A stretch of DNA of 64,000 nucleotides from NCBI RefSeq assembly GCF_009914755.1, contig NC_060926.1; one strand, 5' to 3'. Below, in pieces: positions 61,194 through 64,000 of the stretch. Each line of letters begins with the position of its first letter. The first letter of the stretch is position 1. The stretch is from the human T2T-CHM13v2.0 reference genome, Homo sapiens. Position numbers and translations under genes: made by a program. The notes below the pieces were generated by a model, which ran no database searches, was not told where the DNA came from, and was given only the letters and a program-made list of their open reading frames with translations.

Positions 61194-61777
61194 ATTAATA
61201 TTTTTAATAGCCATTAAAATGTCTCATTAAGGCTTTTTAGCTTCCTTAGTTCCAAAACATTCAAAGGCCACAGAAAAAATTAAGGATTATTTGACTGCAG
61301 GTAAAAGCATAAGTCTAGGGGACATGGAAAATTATAATCTCCAAACATGCCACAATTGTAAAAATATTAATATTCTAAAACCCACTTTTAAAGATTTAAT
61401 GCCAAAGGACTTGTCTAAATACAGCACTAAACACAGTGTCTCACCCATAATTGGCTTTCAGTAAATATTTGTAAATTTTTCTCTGCCTGAAAAAAACTCT
61501 TAAAATAGCCTTTTTTCCTTACAGGAGTAACTCTAAAATGCAAGTAAAGCTTATGAATAGATCAAGCAATTTAGACCACCACGTTAATTTCTTTCTAGTG
61601 AAATATTTTTAAATCTTTGGTTTAAAAGTGATAAACAGTAATTTAATTGTGGATATGACAAGAAGTGGACAGGACTTCCTCTAATATCTCAACTCCCAAA
61701 GCACAGAGACTAGATGGACGTCAATCTTTCAGTTCTCATAGGGCAATGAGGATAGATTTTACAACTTTTTGCCAAAG

Positions 61778-61897
61778 CATATATGAGTGCATACACACAC
61801 AAATGTGCACACGTGTGTTTGGACATGCACATCTCTGCACACTTGCACACATGTCTGCACACATAGACATCTACATGCACATATACACATTCACACA
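61778..61897. repeat. Degenerate (CA)n/(TGCA)n alternating purine-pyrimidine tract
   Basis: Direct reading. Confidence 0.7.
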
Positions 61898-64000
61898 ACT
61901 CTTCTTCCTAGGATTAGCTTACCTAAACTGTTGCTAGTAAAAACCCAACAACAAATGAAAACTAAGATCTTTACAACCAGATAGAACCCTGGAAACTATT
62001 CCACATGTGTAGTAAAAGAGGGCTGTCAACTAAATATAGGAAATCTGGTGTATTGATATGTTTTGAGTTCCACCCATATTTTTGAGTTTTCTTTCAGGCC
62101 CATTTGTATTTTCTATAGTTTTTAATAGTATTAGTTGACACTTTTTTGAAACCTGAATATTACATTGATTATCTAATTATCACATTCTGAACCCTGAATG
62201 GGTAATACTATTATTCTATTTTACCAACAAAATATATTAACTCCCACTTAAATGACATTGTCTGAATAATGACCTCTATTTTTCCTTTCTATCCTAGTGG
62301 GAAGCATCTACTCTGGGAGTCTGTTTCAAGATCTCTTATCCTGGATTTTATATCTCTTATTGCTGAACTCCCCAAAATGAAGCCAAATGACAAGATGTGA
62401 AACCTAATATACCAGACTTTAATAGCTCACAGGGGGAAATACAAAGAAATCCTTAGTACTAACACTTCTGAGTTCAGAGTAAACTCTGCCATGGCAAGCA
62501 CAGTGCCTAGCACGTTGTATAATAAATACTCAATAATCTCAGGTAACAGAATGTTGAATGGAGCTTTTCTTTGACCTTGAAATTAGAAAATGGAGCTCAC
62601 AGCAAATTCTAAAAAGAGCAAGAAACGGTTGGGGCAGACCTCTAACTGAGGACATCCTACAAGGATTGCAAATAAGCCTTATTTCCCTCAAACACCTTTT
62701 CCCTGTCTCCATCATAAAGAGGGCTAGAAAGTGTTAAGAAGGGGTCAGTAGAAATCACTGGGATCACCATGTTGATGGAAGAAGTTATTCTTTCTTACCC
62801 ACTGGCAAGAACAGGGAGTATGTCCCTTTCCTTTTAAAGACAAGTGAGGTAGAGATATCTCAACAGAATCACTTATAAGATGTGGGGTACCTAGAAGAAA
62901 GGAAACCTGGCCTTTTATTCCTTGGATGAATGTTTGTTGAACTGGAAACCTGTAGGTCCACTGAGGGTTTGCTGTTGGAATAGTGTGGAGCATGGTGAAA
63001 GATTCTTACGGAGCTGGAAGTGTTGCCCCTGATGCTTGGGAGTAGACATGAAAACAGATTTGTACTTGTGTCTCCACTAAGATAGCTAAGACAGAAGGCC
63101 TGCTAAGGCTTCCATGATATAGTATGCCTGGAAAAACAACATGGAGAACCCCCCATCTAAAATCCCCTAGTAAAGTTGTTCATAAAAATTTTTTCCAAGA
63201 GTACAGAAAGGGTTTCTTAAAGTTGTGAGATTCCTTACAAAGAGAATTGGAGGTAAGAGGGGGTAGACAAAAGCCTTGGACATACCATGCAAGGCCGTGA
63301 GTGTCAAACCCCCATGAGACGAAGCAATGATGTTATTCCTCTCTAGAGGAATGCTCACTGACTTGGAAGATGCCAGGAAGACTCAAAAATCACCAGAAGA
63401 AAATAAAGCACCTTTGCAGAGATCATGACATTGTCGGAGACAACTACCCAATGTGAAACCAGATCAAGACAGAGCAGGACCAGGGAAGACTCCATGCCAT
63501 CAAGGGATGACTAGCTCTGTAAGAACCATGCTTTCCTTGTCTCCCCACATAATACTTCCTTTACAAGGTACTAGTGTAGGAAAAGAAGTGAATTTGTGGA
63601 CTATGCCCATCTCTATCTCACCACTCTAAAGCCACATGAGTCTATTATACTGAATAAAGGGAAAAGAAAGAAGTTTAAATATAACATGAAACTGTAGTTT
63701 TAGTTTAATAACATAGGGTAACTGAGAAAAGCATAGGATCTTCCTAATACATTAATAAGAGAATAAAAGGGCATATTTGACATCACATGGTTGAATTTAG
63801 GAATCAAAAAATAATAAAACCGATTTATATTTATATCTTACTCAGGTGATACTGCTTAATAAATTGTGTATTTGAATGAATGAGTGAAATATGAGTGCAC
63901 AGATATGTTGGTAAGTAAATGGCAACATGAAAGAAAGATTTTTTTCTTATATTAGCCTTTTTCAGGATCTTCATTTTAGAAGTTGCTAGGGAGCAATAAT

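Noticed and set aside
62700-63840. Possible ancient LTR with 3' AATAAA motifs
   Set aside because: Too degraded to assign termini or family by eye.

Overview
AT-rich, repeat-dense human intronic DNA from the giant LDL-receptor-family gene LRP1B (chr2q22, from recognition of the protein), transcribed on the minus strand. Four coding exons are present: 24045-23823, 20826-20655, 17029-16886 and 10993-10757 (223, 172, 144 and 237 nt; these sizes match exons 8-11 as I recall them). They splice in frame through GT-AG junctions and encode YWTD beta-propeller repeats, an EGF-like module and the start of the next propeller. The rest is intron filled with L1, Alu, L2, MIR, CR1, LTR and DNA-transposon remnants. 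An L1HS pre-Ta diagnostic indicates a human source. I found no new gene system. The most unusual signals are DNA-repair and retrotransposition scars: a 135-bp dispersed duplication, a twice-templated 43-nt insertion inside an Alu copied from 2.3 kb away, three 5'-inverted L1s (one human-specific and lacking a target-site duplication, TSD) and a ~190-bp imperfect palindrome. Inverted repeats also bracket the exon block. Repeat subfamily names come from remembered consensus sequences and need RepeatMasker/Dfam confirmation.
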